DNA of 35,693 nucleotides from Oscillatoriaceae cyanobacterium (GCA_036703175.1 DATNPP010000195.1:1-35693); one strand, 5' to 3'. Positions 27,607 to 35,624 are shown, numbered from the stretch's first letter. Translations and numbers: made by a program. The notes: generated from the letters alone by a model not told the origin.

Positions 27607-28503
27607 TCACGGCTTGGGGGTGAAGGCTTCCAGGCGCGCGAGCTCGCGCCAGAGCGGCAGATCCGCCTCGGGCACGTGCGGCGGCAGCATCAATCGCACG
27701 CGAATCAGCAGCGCGCCGCGATCGCCCCCCTTGAGCCGCGGCGCGCCCTTGCCCTTGAGCCGAAAGGTCTTGCCGCCCTGCGTGCCCGCCGGAATTTTGA
27801 GCTTGATTTCGCCGTCGAGCGTCGGCACCGACAACTCGGCGCCCAGCAAGGCATCGAAGACGCTCACGGGCAGATCGAGAACCAGGTCGTCGCCCTCGCG
27901 CGTGAAGCGCGCATGCGGCTTGACCGTCACCTTGACGAAGAGATCGCCCGGCGGCGAGCCCGGGTCGCCCTCGCGCGCCACGCGCACGCGCGTGCCGCTC
28001 ACCACGCCGGCCGGAATCGGCACGCGCAGCTTCTTCTGGCCGTGCGGACGCGACACGGCGAGCGTCAAATTCGTGCCCGCGACGGCCTCTTCGAGCGTGA
28101 TCTCGGCCTCGACCTCGACGTCCTCGCCGCGCGCCGTGCGCGGTTGGCCGCCGTTGCGGAAGAGCGTCTGCAGAATGTCGTCGAGCCCGCCGAAGCCGGC
28201 CGCGCCGCCCATGCCGCCGTAGGGATCGTGCCCGGCCTGGCGGTGCATGCCGCTTCGGGCGAACGGGTTCGTGCGCAGCATGTCGTACTGCTTGCGCTTG
28301 TCCGGGTCGGAGAGCACCTCGTAGGCCTCCGAGACCTCCTTGAAGCGCGCCTCGGCGGACGCATCGCCCGGATTGGCGTCCGGATGATACTGACGCGCGA
28401 GCTTGCGAAACACGCGCTTGATCTCGGCCTCGTCGGCGTTCTTGGCGACGCCCAGCACCTGGTAGTAGTCTTTCACGCTCGGAGCCCTCGTGCCGAATAG
28501 CAT
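27607..28503 (-). CDS. cbpA: J-domain co-chaperone lacking the zinc-finger region (CbpA-like, class II DnaJ)
   Basis: KDYYQVLGV...YHPDANPGD is the J-domain HPD motif. A G/F-rich linker and DnaJ C-terminal domains follow, with no CxxCxGxG repeats. The start is ATG 28503 or the GTG at 28476 (GAGGG upstream). Confidence 0.8.
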   Translation of the reverse strand: MLFGTRAPSVKDYYQVLGVAKNADEAEIKRVFRKLARQYHPDANPGDASAEARFKEVSEAYEVLSDPDKRKQYDMLRTNPFARSGMHRQAGHDPYGGMGGAAGFGGLDDILQTLFRNGGQPRTARGEDVEVEAEITLEEAVAGTNLTLAVSRPHGQKKLRVPIPAGVVSGTRVRVAREGDPGSPPGDLFVKVTVKPHARFTREGDDLVLDLPVSVFDALLGAELSVPTLDGEIKLKIPAGTQGGKTFRLKGKGAPRLKGGDRGALLIRVRLMLPPHVPEADLPLWRELARLEAFTPKP

Positions 28504-28546
28504 AAGTCGCGCGCGGGTTGCTGCCAAGTGACATCGGGACGAATCG

Positions 28547-28579
28547 CAAAACCGCCCGGCCATACGGCCGGGCGGTTTG
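28547..28579 (-). terminator. Hairpin terminator after the small ORF
   Basis: ACCGCCCGGCC-ATAC-GGCCGGGCGGT 11-bp stem. A short T-run (TTTTG) follows on the minus strand. Confidence 0.55.
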
Positions 28580-28612
28580 CAGGTAGCATGCAGGAAAGGA
28601 GAAACCGGGAAA

Positions 28613-28903
28613 TCAGCGCGGAATGATGTGCTTGAAGGTATCTTCGAGCACCGAAACGAGCTTCTGTTTGAGGTCCACCGTACCGCTCTGATGGAACAAA
28701 TTGGCCTCGCCATAGGGATTGCGCTTGACCATGTCGGACTCGAAATTGAACAGGCCGTTGCCCTGGTCCGCCACCGACAGGGACAGGAGATCGCGGTCCA
28801 TCTTGCCGGGGGGCATCAGCTGCTGCTTGACGAGCTTGCTCGCGAGCTGCGTGTTCGAGAGCGTGGGCTGCAGATTCGCGGGAACGTTCACGGGGTTGGG
28901 CAT
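28613..28903 (-). CDS. Small hypothetical protein (96 aa), no recognisable family
   Basis: GGAGG sits 5 nt before the ATG at 28903. It begins MPNPVNVPANLQPTLSNTQLASKLVKQQL. It has no signal peptide. It has its own promoter-like hexamers and terminator. Confidence 0.45.
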   Translation of the reverse strand: MPNPVNVPANLQPTLSNTQLASKLVKQQLMPPGKMDRDLLSLSVADQGNGLFNFESDMVKRNPYGEANLFHQSGTVDLKQKLVSVLEDTFKHIIPR

Positions 28904-28951
28904 GACGACCTCCATCTCACAAGCGTGTTATCGGGCTGTCATGACGAAAAT

Positions 28952-28980
28952 TTCTTATCTTGCGCTTAAGCTTGCGCCAA
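28952..28980 (-). promoter_or_regulatory. Sigma70-like promoter TTGGCG-N17-TAAGAA for the small ORF
   Basis: Hexamers at 28975-28980 and 28952-28957 (reverse). The spacer contains the direct repeat GCGCAAG-N5-GCGCAAG (plus strand CTTGCGC at 28959-28965 and 28971-28977). Confidence 0.4.
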
Positions 28981-28986
28981 ATTCAG

Positions 28987-29019
28987 AAAAAGAAGCCGCC
29001 CGGCGAACCGGGCGGCTTC
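28987..29019 (-). terminator. Rho-independent terminator of ffs
   Basis: Perfect 12-bp stem GAAGCCGCCCGG / CCGGGCGGCTTC with loop TTCG (minus-strand sense), followed by TTTTT on the minus strand. Confidence 0.85.
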
Positions 29020-29025
29020 AAACTC

Positions 29026-29132
29026 AAGGTGACCGGGCTTCCCCACAACACCCGCGGCATTCCGCTTATCGTTGCTCCCTTCCGGGCCTAGCGAAGTTCA
29101 CGGCGCCACGCCGCGTGGGACCCAGCCACCAG
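29026..29132 (-). ncRNA. ffs: Signal recognition particle RNA (small bacterial 4.5S type)
   Basis: The minus strand reads ...CUAGGCCCGGAAGGGAGCAACGAUAAGCGG..., matching the conserved domain IV core (E. coli CAGGUCCGGAAGGAAGCAGCCAAGGCAG) with a GGAA tetraloop. The 5' GGUGGCUGGG pairs with the 3' CCCGGUCACC as a closing helix. It is flanked by a TGGTATAAT promoter and a strong terminator. The ends are approximate. Confidence 0.85.
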
Positions 29133-29138
29133 ATCCCG

Positions 29139-29147
29139 ATTATACCA
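29139..29147 (-). promoter_or_regulatory. Extended -10 promoter TGGTATAAT of ffs
   Basis: The reverse complement of 29139-29147 is TGGTATAAT, about 7 nt upstream of the start of the SRP RNA helix. Confidence 0.6.
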
Positions 29148-29177
29148 TGGCGTCAACGCGCGGGAGCAGGCAGGGGT

Positions 29178-29210
29178 GGCGAATTGTTAAGCAGTCTGTT
29201 ACAATTCGCC
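29178..29210 (+). promoter_or_regulatory. Perfect 10-bp inverted repeat GGCGAATTGT-N13-ACAATTCGCC upstream of htrA
   Basis: It lies in the ffs/htrA divergent region, 30 nt before the htrA ATG. The right arm overlaps a candidate -10 TACAAT (29200-29205), with TGGCGA at 17-nt spacing. Confidence 0.4.
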
Positions 29211-29239
29211 CGAACAGGCAACTGCGGATGGGAGGAGAC

Positions 29240-30325
29240 ATGCGTCGGATTCTCGCTTATACGCTCGCAATGACGCTGGGACTGGTCGGCGGGGGGCTGC
29301 TCGAGCATGCCTACATGCCGGTCGAGGCGCAAACGCCCGTTTCACACCCGGTCGTGGTGAAGCCCGCGGCCTACGGGCAACCGGCGATCGTCGGCAGCAA
29401 CACGATCGCCGACCTGGTGCAGCGGGTGTCGCCCGCGGTCGTGAACATCGACACGATCGAGCGCGGCATGGTGGTGGATCCCTTCGCCCAGGTCTTCGGC
29501 AACGGTACGCCCGAAGAATACGAGGAAAAGGGCGTCGGCTCGGGGTTCTTCGTCGACGGCAACGGGCTCATCATCACGAACAATCACGTGATCCGCGACG
29601 CCCAGAACATCACCGTGACGACCTCGGACGGCAAGACGTACAAGGGCAGCGTCGTGGGCGCGGATCCGGCGACGGACGTCGCGCTGGTGCAGATTCATGC
29701 GCACGGCACGCATCCGCTGGCGCTCTCGAACGGCAACGGCCTGCGCGTGGGCGATTGGGTGCTCGCCATCGGCAGCCCGCTCGGCCTCTCGCAGACCGTC
29801 TCCGTGGGCATCATCAGCGCGATGAACCGCGAGGTGTCGATCAACGAGCGCGTGAACTTCATTCAGACCGACGCCGCGATCAACCCCGGCAACTCGGGCG
29901 GCCCGCTGATCGACATGCAGGGCCAGGTGGTCGGCATGAACACGGCGATCGCCGCCCGCGGCCAGAACATCGGCTTCGCGATCCCCGCCTGGACGATCAA
30001 CAACGTGGTGTCGCAGCTGCGCACCCGCGGCCACGTCGAGCATCCCTGGCTCGGCATCTCGATTCGCGACCTGCCGGACAAGAACGGCGTGCTGGTGATG
30101 GGCATCGTCTCGAGCGGTCCGGCGGCGAGCGGCGGCTTGCGGCCGCGCGATCGCATCGTCGGCATCGACGGCCGCCCCGTGCACGACGCCCGCGATCTGC
30201 TCAGCTACCTGACGGACCGCAGCATCGGCGACACGGTCAAGGTCGACGTGCTGCGCGACAGTCAGCATCTGACGCTGTCGATCCACCTGGCCCCCATGCC
30301 GCAGGGCGCGATGCAGCCCTCGTAG
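29240..30325 (+). CDS. htrA: HtrA/DegP-family serine endoprotease with one PDZ domain, N-terminal membrane anchor
   Basis: GGAGGAG precedes the ATG at 29240. Catalytic-triad contexts: ITNNHVI, DVALVQI, GNSGGPL. The C-terminal PDZ-like region is GVLVMGIVSSGPAASGGLRPRDRIVGIDG. The upstream 56 codons of ORF 29072.. overlap ffs and were discarded. Confidence 0.9.
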   Translation: MRRILAYTLAMTLGLVGGGLLEHAYMPVEAQTPVSHPVVVKPAAYGQPAIVGSNTIADLVQRVSPAVVNIDTIERGMVVDPFAQVFGNGTPEEYEEKGVGSGFFVDGNGLIITNNHVIRDAQNITVTTSDGKTYKGSVVGADPATDVALVQIHAHGTHPLALSNGNGLRVGDWVLAIGSPLGLSQTVSVGIISAMNREVSINERVNFIQTDAAINPGNSGGPLIDMQGQVVGMNTAIAARGQNIGFAIPAWTINNVVSQLRTRGHVEHPWLGISIRDLPDKNGVLVMGIVSSGPAASGGLRPRDRIVGIDGRPVHDARDLLSYLTDRSIGDTVKVDVLRDSQHLTLSIHLAPMPQGAMQPS

Positions 30326-30482
30326 GGCCTCGCCGGCTCGGTATGCGGCGTTCGGCTGCCGGGTACAAGCCTTTTGGCCATTCTGAACGGTACCCGGTTC
30401 CGCGCATCCGGTAGAATGGGCACCAGCGGCCATGCGGCCGTCAGGAATGGCACGGGCCAAGCCCCGACAGGAGGACGTTCCC

Positions 30483-31493
30483 TTGCGCATCATCGTGACC
30501 GGCGGCGCCGGCTTCATCGGCTCGAACTTCGTCCGTATGCTGCTCAACGAGCACCCCGAGCACGAGGTGACGGTGCTCGACGCGCTCACCTACGCCGGCA
30601 ATTTGGCGAGCCTGGAAGATCTGCAATCGATCCCGCGCTTCCGCTTCGTGCACGGCGACATCTGCGACGCGCCGCTCGTCGATTCGCTGGCCGCCAAGGC
30701 GGACGCGATAGTCCACTTCGCCGCCGAGAGCCACGTCGACCGCTCGATCAGCGATCCGGGCATCTTCGTGCAAACGAACGTGCAGGGCACGCTCACGCTG
30801 CTCGAAGCCGCCAAGAAGCATAAGCTCACGCGCTTCGTCCACGTCAGCACCGACGAGGTATACGGCTCTCTCGGCCCCACGGGACTCTTCACCGAAGAGA
30901 CTCCTATAGCGCCCAACAGCCCCTACTCGGCCTCGAAGGCCTCGAGCGACCTGATGGCGCGCGCCTACCACGAGACTTTCGGCTTGCCCGTGATGATCAC
31001 GCGCTGCAGCAACAACTACGGGCCTTACCAGTTCCCCGAGAAGCTGATTCCGTTCTTCATCGCGAGCCTGCTCGACGGCGCTTCGGTGCCGGTCTACGGC
31101 GACGGGCTGAACGTGCGCGACTGGCTGCACGTCGAAGACCACTGCCAGGCGATTTCGCTCGTGCTGCATCGGGGCGTGCCGGGCGAGGTCTACAACATCG
31201 GCGGCAACAACGAGCGCACCAACCTCGCGATCACCCAGCTGCTCATCGAGAAGCTGGGCCGCGACGAGCGCGCGATCAAGTACGTGCAGGATCGCCCGGG
31301 GCATGACCGGCGCTACGCGATCGACGCGAGCAAGATCACGCGCGAACTGGGCTGGAAGCCCAAGTACACCTTCGAGACGGGCATTGCCCAGACGATCGAA
31401 TGGTACCTCGCCAACCGCGACTGGTGGGAGCCGCTGCGCAGCCGTGGGCTGGACAGCAAGCGCGCCGCGGCGAACCAGGTCAGCGCGAAGTAG
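30483..31493 (+). CDS. rfbB: dTDP-glucose 4,6-dehydratase
   Basis: TTG start at 30483, 8 nt after AGGAGGA, gives (M)[15 protein letters not shown]. Motifs include YSASKASSD and the DRPGHDRRYAID signature. Confidence 0.9.
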   Translation: MRIIVTGGAGFIGSNFVRMLLNEHPEHEVTVLDALTYAGNLASLEDLQSIPRFRFVHGDICDAPLVDSLAAKADAIVHFAAESHVDRSISDPGIFVQTNVQGTLTLLEAAKKHKLTRFVHVSTDEVYGSLGPTGLFTEETPIAPNSPYSASKASSDLMARAYHETFGLPVMITRCSNNYGPYQFPEKLIPFFIASLLDGASVPVYGDGLNVRDWLHVEDHCQAISLVLHRGVPGEVYNIGGNNERTNLAITQLLIEKLGRDERAIKYVQDRPGHDRRYAIDASKITRELGWKPKYTFETGIAQTIEWYLANRDWWEPLRSRGLDSKRAAANQVSAK

Positions 31494-31505
31494 AAGGAGA
31501 CCGAC

Positions 31506-32399
31506 ATGGCGTACAAGGGCATCATCCTCGCGGGCGGCTCGGGCACGCGCCTGCATCCGCTGACGATTCCGCTCTCCAAGCAGCTGATCCCCGTCTACGA
31601 CAAACCCATGATCTACTATCCGCTCTCGGTGCTTCTGCTGGCGGGCATCCGCGAGATCCTCATGATCACCACGCCGCACGACCAGGAACTGTTCCAGCGA
31701 TTGCTGGGCGACGGCAGCCAGTGGGGCATCCGGCTGGAGTACGCCGTGCAGCCCTCGCCGGATGGCCTCGCGCAGGCTTTCTTGATCGGCGAACAGTTCA
31801 TCGGCAACGATCCGGTCTGTCTGATTCTGGGCGACAACCTCTACTACGGCGAGGGCCTCTACGACATTCTGCGCCGGGCCGCCGAGCGCGAGACCGGGGC
31901 CACCGTTTTCGGCTACTACGTCAAGGATCCCGAGCGTTACGGCGTGGTGGCTTTCGACAAGGACGGGCACGCCACTTCGATCGAGGAGAAGCCCAAGCAT
32001 CCGAAGAGCAACTACGCGGTGACGGGCCTTTACTTCTACGACAACGACGTGGTGGCGATCGCCAAGAGCATCGAGCCGAGCCCGCGCGGCGAGCTCGAGA
32101 TCACGGACGTCAACAAGGTCTACATGCTGCGCGGCGATCTGAACGTCGAGCTTCTGGGCCGCGGCATGGCCTGGCTGGACACGGGCACGCACGACTCGCT
32201 ACTCGCCGCGAGCAACTTCGTCCAGGTGGTCGAAGAGCGCCAGGGCCTCAAGATCTGCTGTCCCGAGGAGATCGCCTACCGTTCGGGCTACATCGACGCC
32301 GCGCAGCTAGAGAAGCTGGCGCGGCCGCTCGCGAAGAACCAGTACGGCCAGTATCTGCTCAATCTGCTCGAGCGCGAGCACACCGAGGTAAGGGCATGA
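31506..32399 (+). CDS. rfbA: Glucose-1-phosphate thymidylyltransferase
   Basis: AAGGAG RBS. Motifs: [43 protein letters not shown]. Confidence 0.95.
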   Translation: MAYKGIILAGGSGTRLHPLTIPLSKQLIPVYDKPMIYYPLSVLLLAGIREILMITTPHDQELFQRLLGDGSQWGIRLEYAVQPSPDGLAQAFLIGEQFIGNDPVCLILGDNLYYGEGLYDILRRAAERETGATVFGYYVKDPERYGVVAFDKDGHATSIEEKPKHPKSNYAVTGLYFYDNDVVAIAKSIEPSPRGELEITDVNKVYMLRGDLNVELLGRGMAWLDTGTHDSLLAASNFVQVVEERQGLKICCPEEIAYRSGYIDAAQLEKLARPLAKNQYGQYLLNLLEREHTEVRA

Positions 32400-32986
32400 A
32401 CGTCGTTCAGACGGCCCTGCCCGGCGTGGTGATCCTCGAGCCGAAGGTGTTCGGCGACGCGCGGGGCTTCTTTCTCGAGACCTATCGCGAGAACACCTAC
32501 CGCGAAGCCGGCATTCCGCAGCGCTTCGTGCAGGCCAACCACTCCCGCTCGCGCCGCGGCGTGCTGCGCGGGCTGCACTACCAGCTCGTGCAGCCGCAGG
32601 GCAAGCTGGTCTCGGTCGCTCGCGGCCAGGTCTTCGACGTGGCCGTGGACGTGCGCCGCGGCTCACCGACCTTCGGACAGTGGGTCAGTTGCCTGCTGGA
32701 CGACGAGACTCACCGGCAGATGTACATTCCGCCGGGCTTCGCGCATGGCTTCGCCGTGGTGTCGGAGGTCGCGGACTTTCTGTATCAGTGCACGGATTAT
32801 TACCATCCGAACTCGGAGGCGGGTATCGCCTGGAACGATCCGGATCTCGCGATCACGTGGCCGGAGCTGGACACCGTGCTGTCGGAGAAGGATCTGAACA
32901 ATCCCCGTCTGAAAGACCAGTCGGAAGACCGGCTGCCCGTTTACGGCGGCACGTCCGTACTCGTTCGCGCCCCCGAACGCAGCTAG
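32396..32986 (+). CDS. rfbC: dTDP-4-dehydrorhamnose 3,5-epimerase
   Basis: The ATG at 32396 overlaps the rfbA stop (ATGA). Motifs: [24 protein letters not shown]. Confidence 0.9.
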   Translation: MNVVQTALPGVVILEPKVFGDARGFFLETYRENTYREAGIPQRFVQANHSRSRRGVLRGLHYQLVQPQGKLVSVARGQVFDVAVDVRRGSPTFGQWVSCLLDDETHRQMYIPPGFAHGFAVVSEVADFLYQCTDYYHPNSEAGIAWNDPDLAITWPELDTVLSEKDLNNPRLKDQSEDRLPVYGGTSVLVRAPERS

Positions 32987-32993
32987 AACTTTA

Positions 32994-33024
32994 TTCGCCC
33001 TCTCCCCGGCGGGGAGAGGGCGAA
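32994..33024. terminator. Perfect 14-bp palindromic hairpin between convergent rfbC and the 6-TM gene (bidirectional terminator / REP-like element)
   Basis: TTCGCCCTCTCCCC-GGC-GGGGAGAGGGCGAA. No clear T-run on either side. Confidence 0.55.
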
Positions 33025-33038
33025 GTTCTTGGGGTGCT

Positions 33039-33731
33039 TTATGCCGCTTCGGCTGAAGGCGCGGGCGTCTCGGCGCCGATCGCCGCCTGGCGCGCCCGGT
33101 AGCGCTTCACCAGCCAGCGCGGGTAGGTGAAGGCAAAGACCATGAAGCCGCCCCAGAGCGCCTTGGCATAGAAGGGCAGCACGAGCAGGTAGAGCCCCTT
33201 GGGAAGGTAGAGATTGCCGAACAGGACGAAGAGGTTCTGCACGGTCATCACCAGCACGAAGCCAATCTCGATGTGCACGACGACGCGCCGCGCGTAGGGG
33301 TTCTCGTCGAACTTCGCAGCGTTGTCGGGTGAAAAGTGCTTCGCGAAGCCGACGAAGAGGGGCGCCTTGAACATGGCGTCGACCGCGTAGGCCGCCGCGA
33401 TGCCCAGGCCGACGAGGCCGAAGATGCTCAAGCCGTGGACGAAATGTCCGAAGCGCAGCGGAATCAGCGTCCCGACCAGCAGCAGAACCAATTGCTGCAG
33501 CGTGTACGAGCTCCACTCGCGTTTGCGCCAGTAGATCCAGGCCGTCTGCGCCACGCCGATGACCAGACCGATGAGCATCGCCGCGCTGAAGGCGTAGGGC
33601 TTGAGCGCCTCGTCGAGCTGCTTGGCGATCGCCCAGTGCGAGATGAGCCAATCGCCGAGCGTGTAGCCGACGACGGGCAGAAACATGGCAACGATGGTCA
33701 GAACGGTCCGCAGCTTGGGCGAGAGGGTCAT
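33039..33731 (-). CDS. Integral membrane protein of unknown family (about 6 TM)
   Basis: AAGGAAG RBS, 230 aa, repeated hydrophobic helices. It sits 56 nt downstream of rfbD on the same strand. Confidence 0.6.
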   Translation of the reverse strand: MTLSPKLRTVLTIVAMFLPVVGYTLGDWLISHWAIAKQLDEALKPYAFSAAMLIGLVIGVAQTAWIYWRKREWSSYTLQQLVLLLVGTLIPLRFGHFVHGLSIFGLVGLGIAAAYAVDAMFKAPLFVGFAKHFSPDNAAKFDENPYARRVVVHIEIGFVLVMTVQNLFVLFGNLYLPKGLYLLVLPFYAKALWGGFMVFAFTYPRWLVKRYRARQAAIGAETPAPSAEAA

Positions 33732-33787
33732 GGCACTTCCTTTAGGCTTTGCGCTCTTATACCCTCGCGCGCCCCGGAGTCAAACGG

Positions 33788-34648
33788 TCAGCGAACGCTC
33801 GCCTCGTACGGACAGAGCGCCAGGTAGCTCGCCAGGCTTTCTTCCCACGGCGGTAGCAACGGCTGCCCGATCAACCGCAGATGCTGGTTGTCCAACACCG
33901 AATAGGCCGGCCGCGGCGCGGGGCGGCCCAGCTCGGCCGTCGTGATCGCGCGAACGGGCGTGTCGACGCCCTCGAGCTCGAGAATCTTGCGCGTGAAGTC
34001 GCACCAGGTGGTCTCGCCCTGCCCGGTGGCGTGGTAGATGCCGTAGCGCCCCGTCTCGATCAACCTCGCGAGCGTGTGCGACAAAGGCACCGTCCAGGTC
34101 GGGCTGCCATGCTGATCCGCCACGACCGCGAGCTCGGGCTTCTCGCGGCCGAGCTTGCGCATGGTCTCGACGAAGTTCTTGCCGTGGCGGCCGTAAAGCC
34201 AGCTCGTGCGCACGATGTAGAACTTGTCCAGCAACTGCTGCACGAACTGCTCGCCGGCCAGCTTGCTCTGGCCGTAGACGCTCTGCGGGTTCGGGCGATC
34301 CGTCTCGCGGTAGGCGCGCCCCAGCGTGCCGTCGAAGACGTAGTCCGTGCTGATGTAGAGCAGCGGCACGTCGTGCGCCTGGCAGGCGAGCGCCACGTTC
34401 TGGGCGCCGACGCCGTTGATCAAAAAGGCTGTGTCGACCTCGGTCTCGCAGGCGTCGACGTTCGTGAAAGCGGCGCAGAGGATCACCACGTCGGGGCGAT
34501 CGCGTTCCATGCGCTCCCGCACGGACGCGAGATCGGTGATATCCATTTCGAGGCGATCGGTCGCGATCGGCTGGTGCCCGTGGTCCGCGAGAATCGGCAC
34601 GAGATCGCGCCCCAACATGCCCTGGGCACCGCTGACGAGTACCTTCAT
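33788..34648 (-). CDS. rfbD: dTDP-4-dehydrorhamnose reductase
   Basis: AGGAGG RBS. Motifs: MKVLVSGAQGMLGRDL, NVDACE, YGQSKLAGE, and RPAYSVLD at the C-terminus. Confidence 0.9.
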   Translation of the reverse strand: MKVLVSGAQGMLGRDLVPILADHGHQPIATDRLEMDITDLASVRERMERDRPDVVILCAAFTNVDACETEVDTAFLINGVGAQNVALACQAHDVPLLYISTDYVFDGTLGRAYRETDRPNPQSVYGQSKLAGEQFVQQLLDKFYIVRTSWLYGRHGKNFVETMRKLGREKPELAVVADQHGSPTWTVPLSHTLARLIETGRYGIYHATGQGETTWCDFTRKILELEGVDTPVRAITTAELGRPAPRPAYSVLDNQHLRLIGQPLLPPWEESLASYLALCPYEASVR

Positions 34649-34716
34649 AGTCGCCTCCTGTCGTGCTTTTCCCGCATTCTAGCACAGGTTCCCCCGCCTC
34701 CCGGGGCCAATTCTAC

Positions 34717-34745
34717 TTGTCATTTTCGCGCTTTACCGCTAGAAT
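34717..34745 (+). promoter_or_regulatory. Sigma70-like promoter TTGTCA-N17-TAGAAT
   Basis: Near-consensus hexamers with exact 17-nt spacing, 37 nt upstream of the ATG at 34782. Confidence 0.55.
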
Positions 34746-34781
34746 ATTAACGTCAGGTTATCTTCTGGTTAGAGGACGGTA

Positions 34782-35612
34782 ATGACGTACACCCAGCGCG
34801 CCCTGGTTCTGCTCAGCCTTCTGCTCGCCGGATGCGGCACCGCAGGCGGCCCCGTGCCGTATGCGCCCGTCAACAACGACGCGCCCGTGCAGGTGATCGG
34901 CATCCCGACGCTCGGCGCCGCGCCGATGGGCACGACGCCCATTGGCTCCGCTCCCGTCGGTTCGGCACCCCAGGGCCAGGCGCAACAGGCCCTGATGGCG
35001 ATGGGCGCGGCCGTGCGCGCCCTTTCGAGCGCGCGCTACGACGGCGTGATGTACTGCCGCGGCTCGGTCGGCAATCGCCCGGCGGCGCTGCCGCAGCTGC
35101 CGGACGGCACCTGGGAGGCGACGACCAACTACCACATCGAGTTCCGCCAGCCGCAGACCTACCGCATCCAGGTCACGACCTGCACGAACCCCAAATCGAA
35201 CGGCATGAAGATGGTCGTGCAGGGCGATCAGGCCTCGATCAAGCTCACGGGCCTGCTGGGCCTGGCAACCTTCCACAAGTCGCTCGGCGACTCCCAGATG
35301 CTTAACTTCCGTGGCGCGCGGCTCGATCAAGGCTCGCTCGACGGCCTGGCGAGCCGCTTCGGCAGCGGGCCCGTGCCGGACGCCCGTTGGATCGGCATGA
35401 CGCCGGTCGACGGCCAGCCGCTCGAGCTGATCGAGATTCCGCACGCGCCGCCGGGCGATCCGGCGATCGTGCGCGAGGTGATCGGCCTCGATCCGCAGAC
35501 GCACCTGCCGCGCCTGGACGCCGAGTTCACGGCGACCCAGAAGGTCTACGAGATGAAGATCCAGAACTGGATCGCGAACCCGTCGCTGCCGGACTCGGAT
35601 TTTACGCTGTAA
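34782..35612 (+). CDS. Hypothetical lipoprotein
   Basis: GAGGA RBS. MTYTQRALVLLSLLLAGC has lipobox LAGC. A Pro/Gly/Ala-rich low-complexity linker (GIPTLGAAPMGTTPIGSAPVGSAPQG) precedes a globular domain. Confidence 0.65.
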   Translation: MTYTQRALVLLSLLLAGCGTAGGPVPYAPVNNDAPVQVIGIPTLGAAPMGTTPIGSAPVGSAPQGQAQQALMAMGAAVRALSSARYDGVMYCRGSVGNRPAALPQLPDGTWEATTNYHIEFRQPQTYRIQVTTCTNPKSNGMKMVVQGDQASIKLTGLLGLATFHKSLGDSQMLNFRGARLDQGSLDGLASRFGSGPVPDARWIGMTPVDGQPLELIEIPHAPPGDPAIVREVIGLDPQTHLPRLDAEFTATQKVYEMKIQNWIANPSLPDSDFTL

Positions 35613-35624
35613 AGCCAACGCGCG

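Noticed and set aside
24484-28500. 1338-aa plus-strand ORF, the longest in the window
   Set aside because: It runs antisense across three well-supported minus-strand genes (Crp regulator, barrel fusion, J-protein). Its composition is Arg/Ala/Gly/Leu-dominated with no recognisable motif. This is the typical stop-codon-poor shadow frame of high-GC DNA.
28504-28713. 70-codon N-terminal extension of the J-protein ORF
   Set aside because: It spans a terminator hairpin (28547-28579) and overlaps the 3' end of the small ORF. J-domains begin within a few residues of the start (..KDYYQVLGV).
29151-29156. TTGACG (minus strand) as the -35 of the ffs promoter
   Set aside because: It lies only 6 nt from the TATAAT, far from the 16-18 nt required. 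The promoter is better explained as a TGn-extended -10.
29072-29239. 56-codon N-terminal extension of the htrA ORF
   Set aside because: It overlaps the SRP RNA gene and its promoter on the other strand. A strong GGAGGAG-ATG start with a TM anchor begins at 29240.
30361-30369. GGGTACAAG shared between the rfbB upstream region and the hairpin arm at 27581-27589
   Set aside because: It is only a 9-nt match with no extended similarity or symmetry around it, so chance explains it.
30441-32192. 583-aa minus-strand ORF
   Set aside because: It is antisense to rfbB and rfbA, so it is a shadow ORF.
31400-32395. Upstream 332 codons of ORF 31400..32986
   Set aside because: It overlaps rfbA in another frame and has an Arg/Pro/Gly-rich nonsense composition. 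Only the portion from the ATG at 32396 is RfbC.
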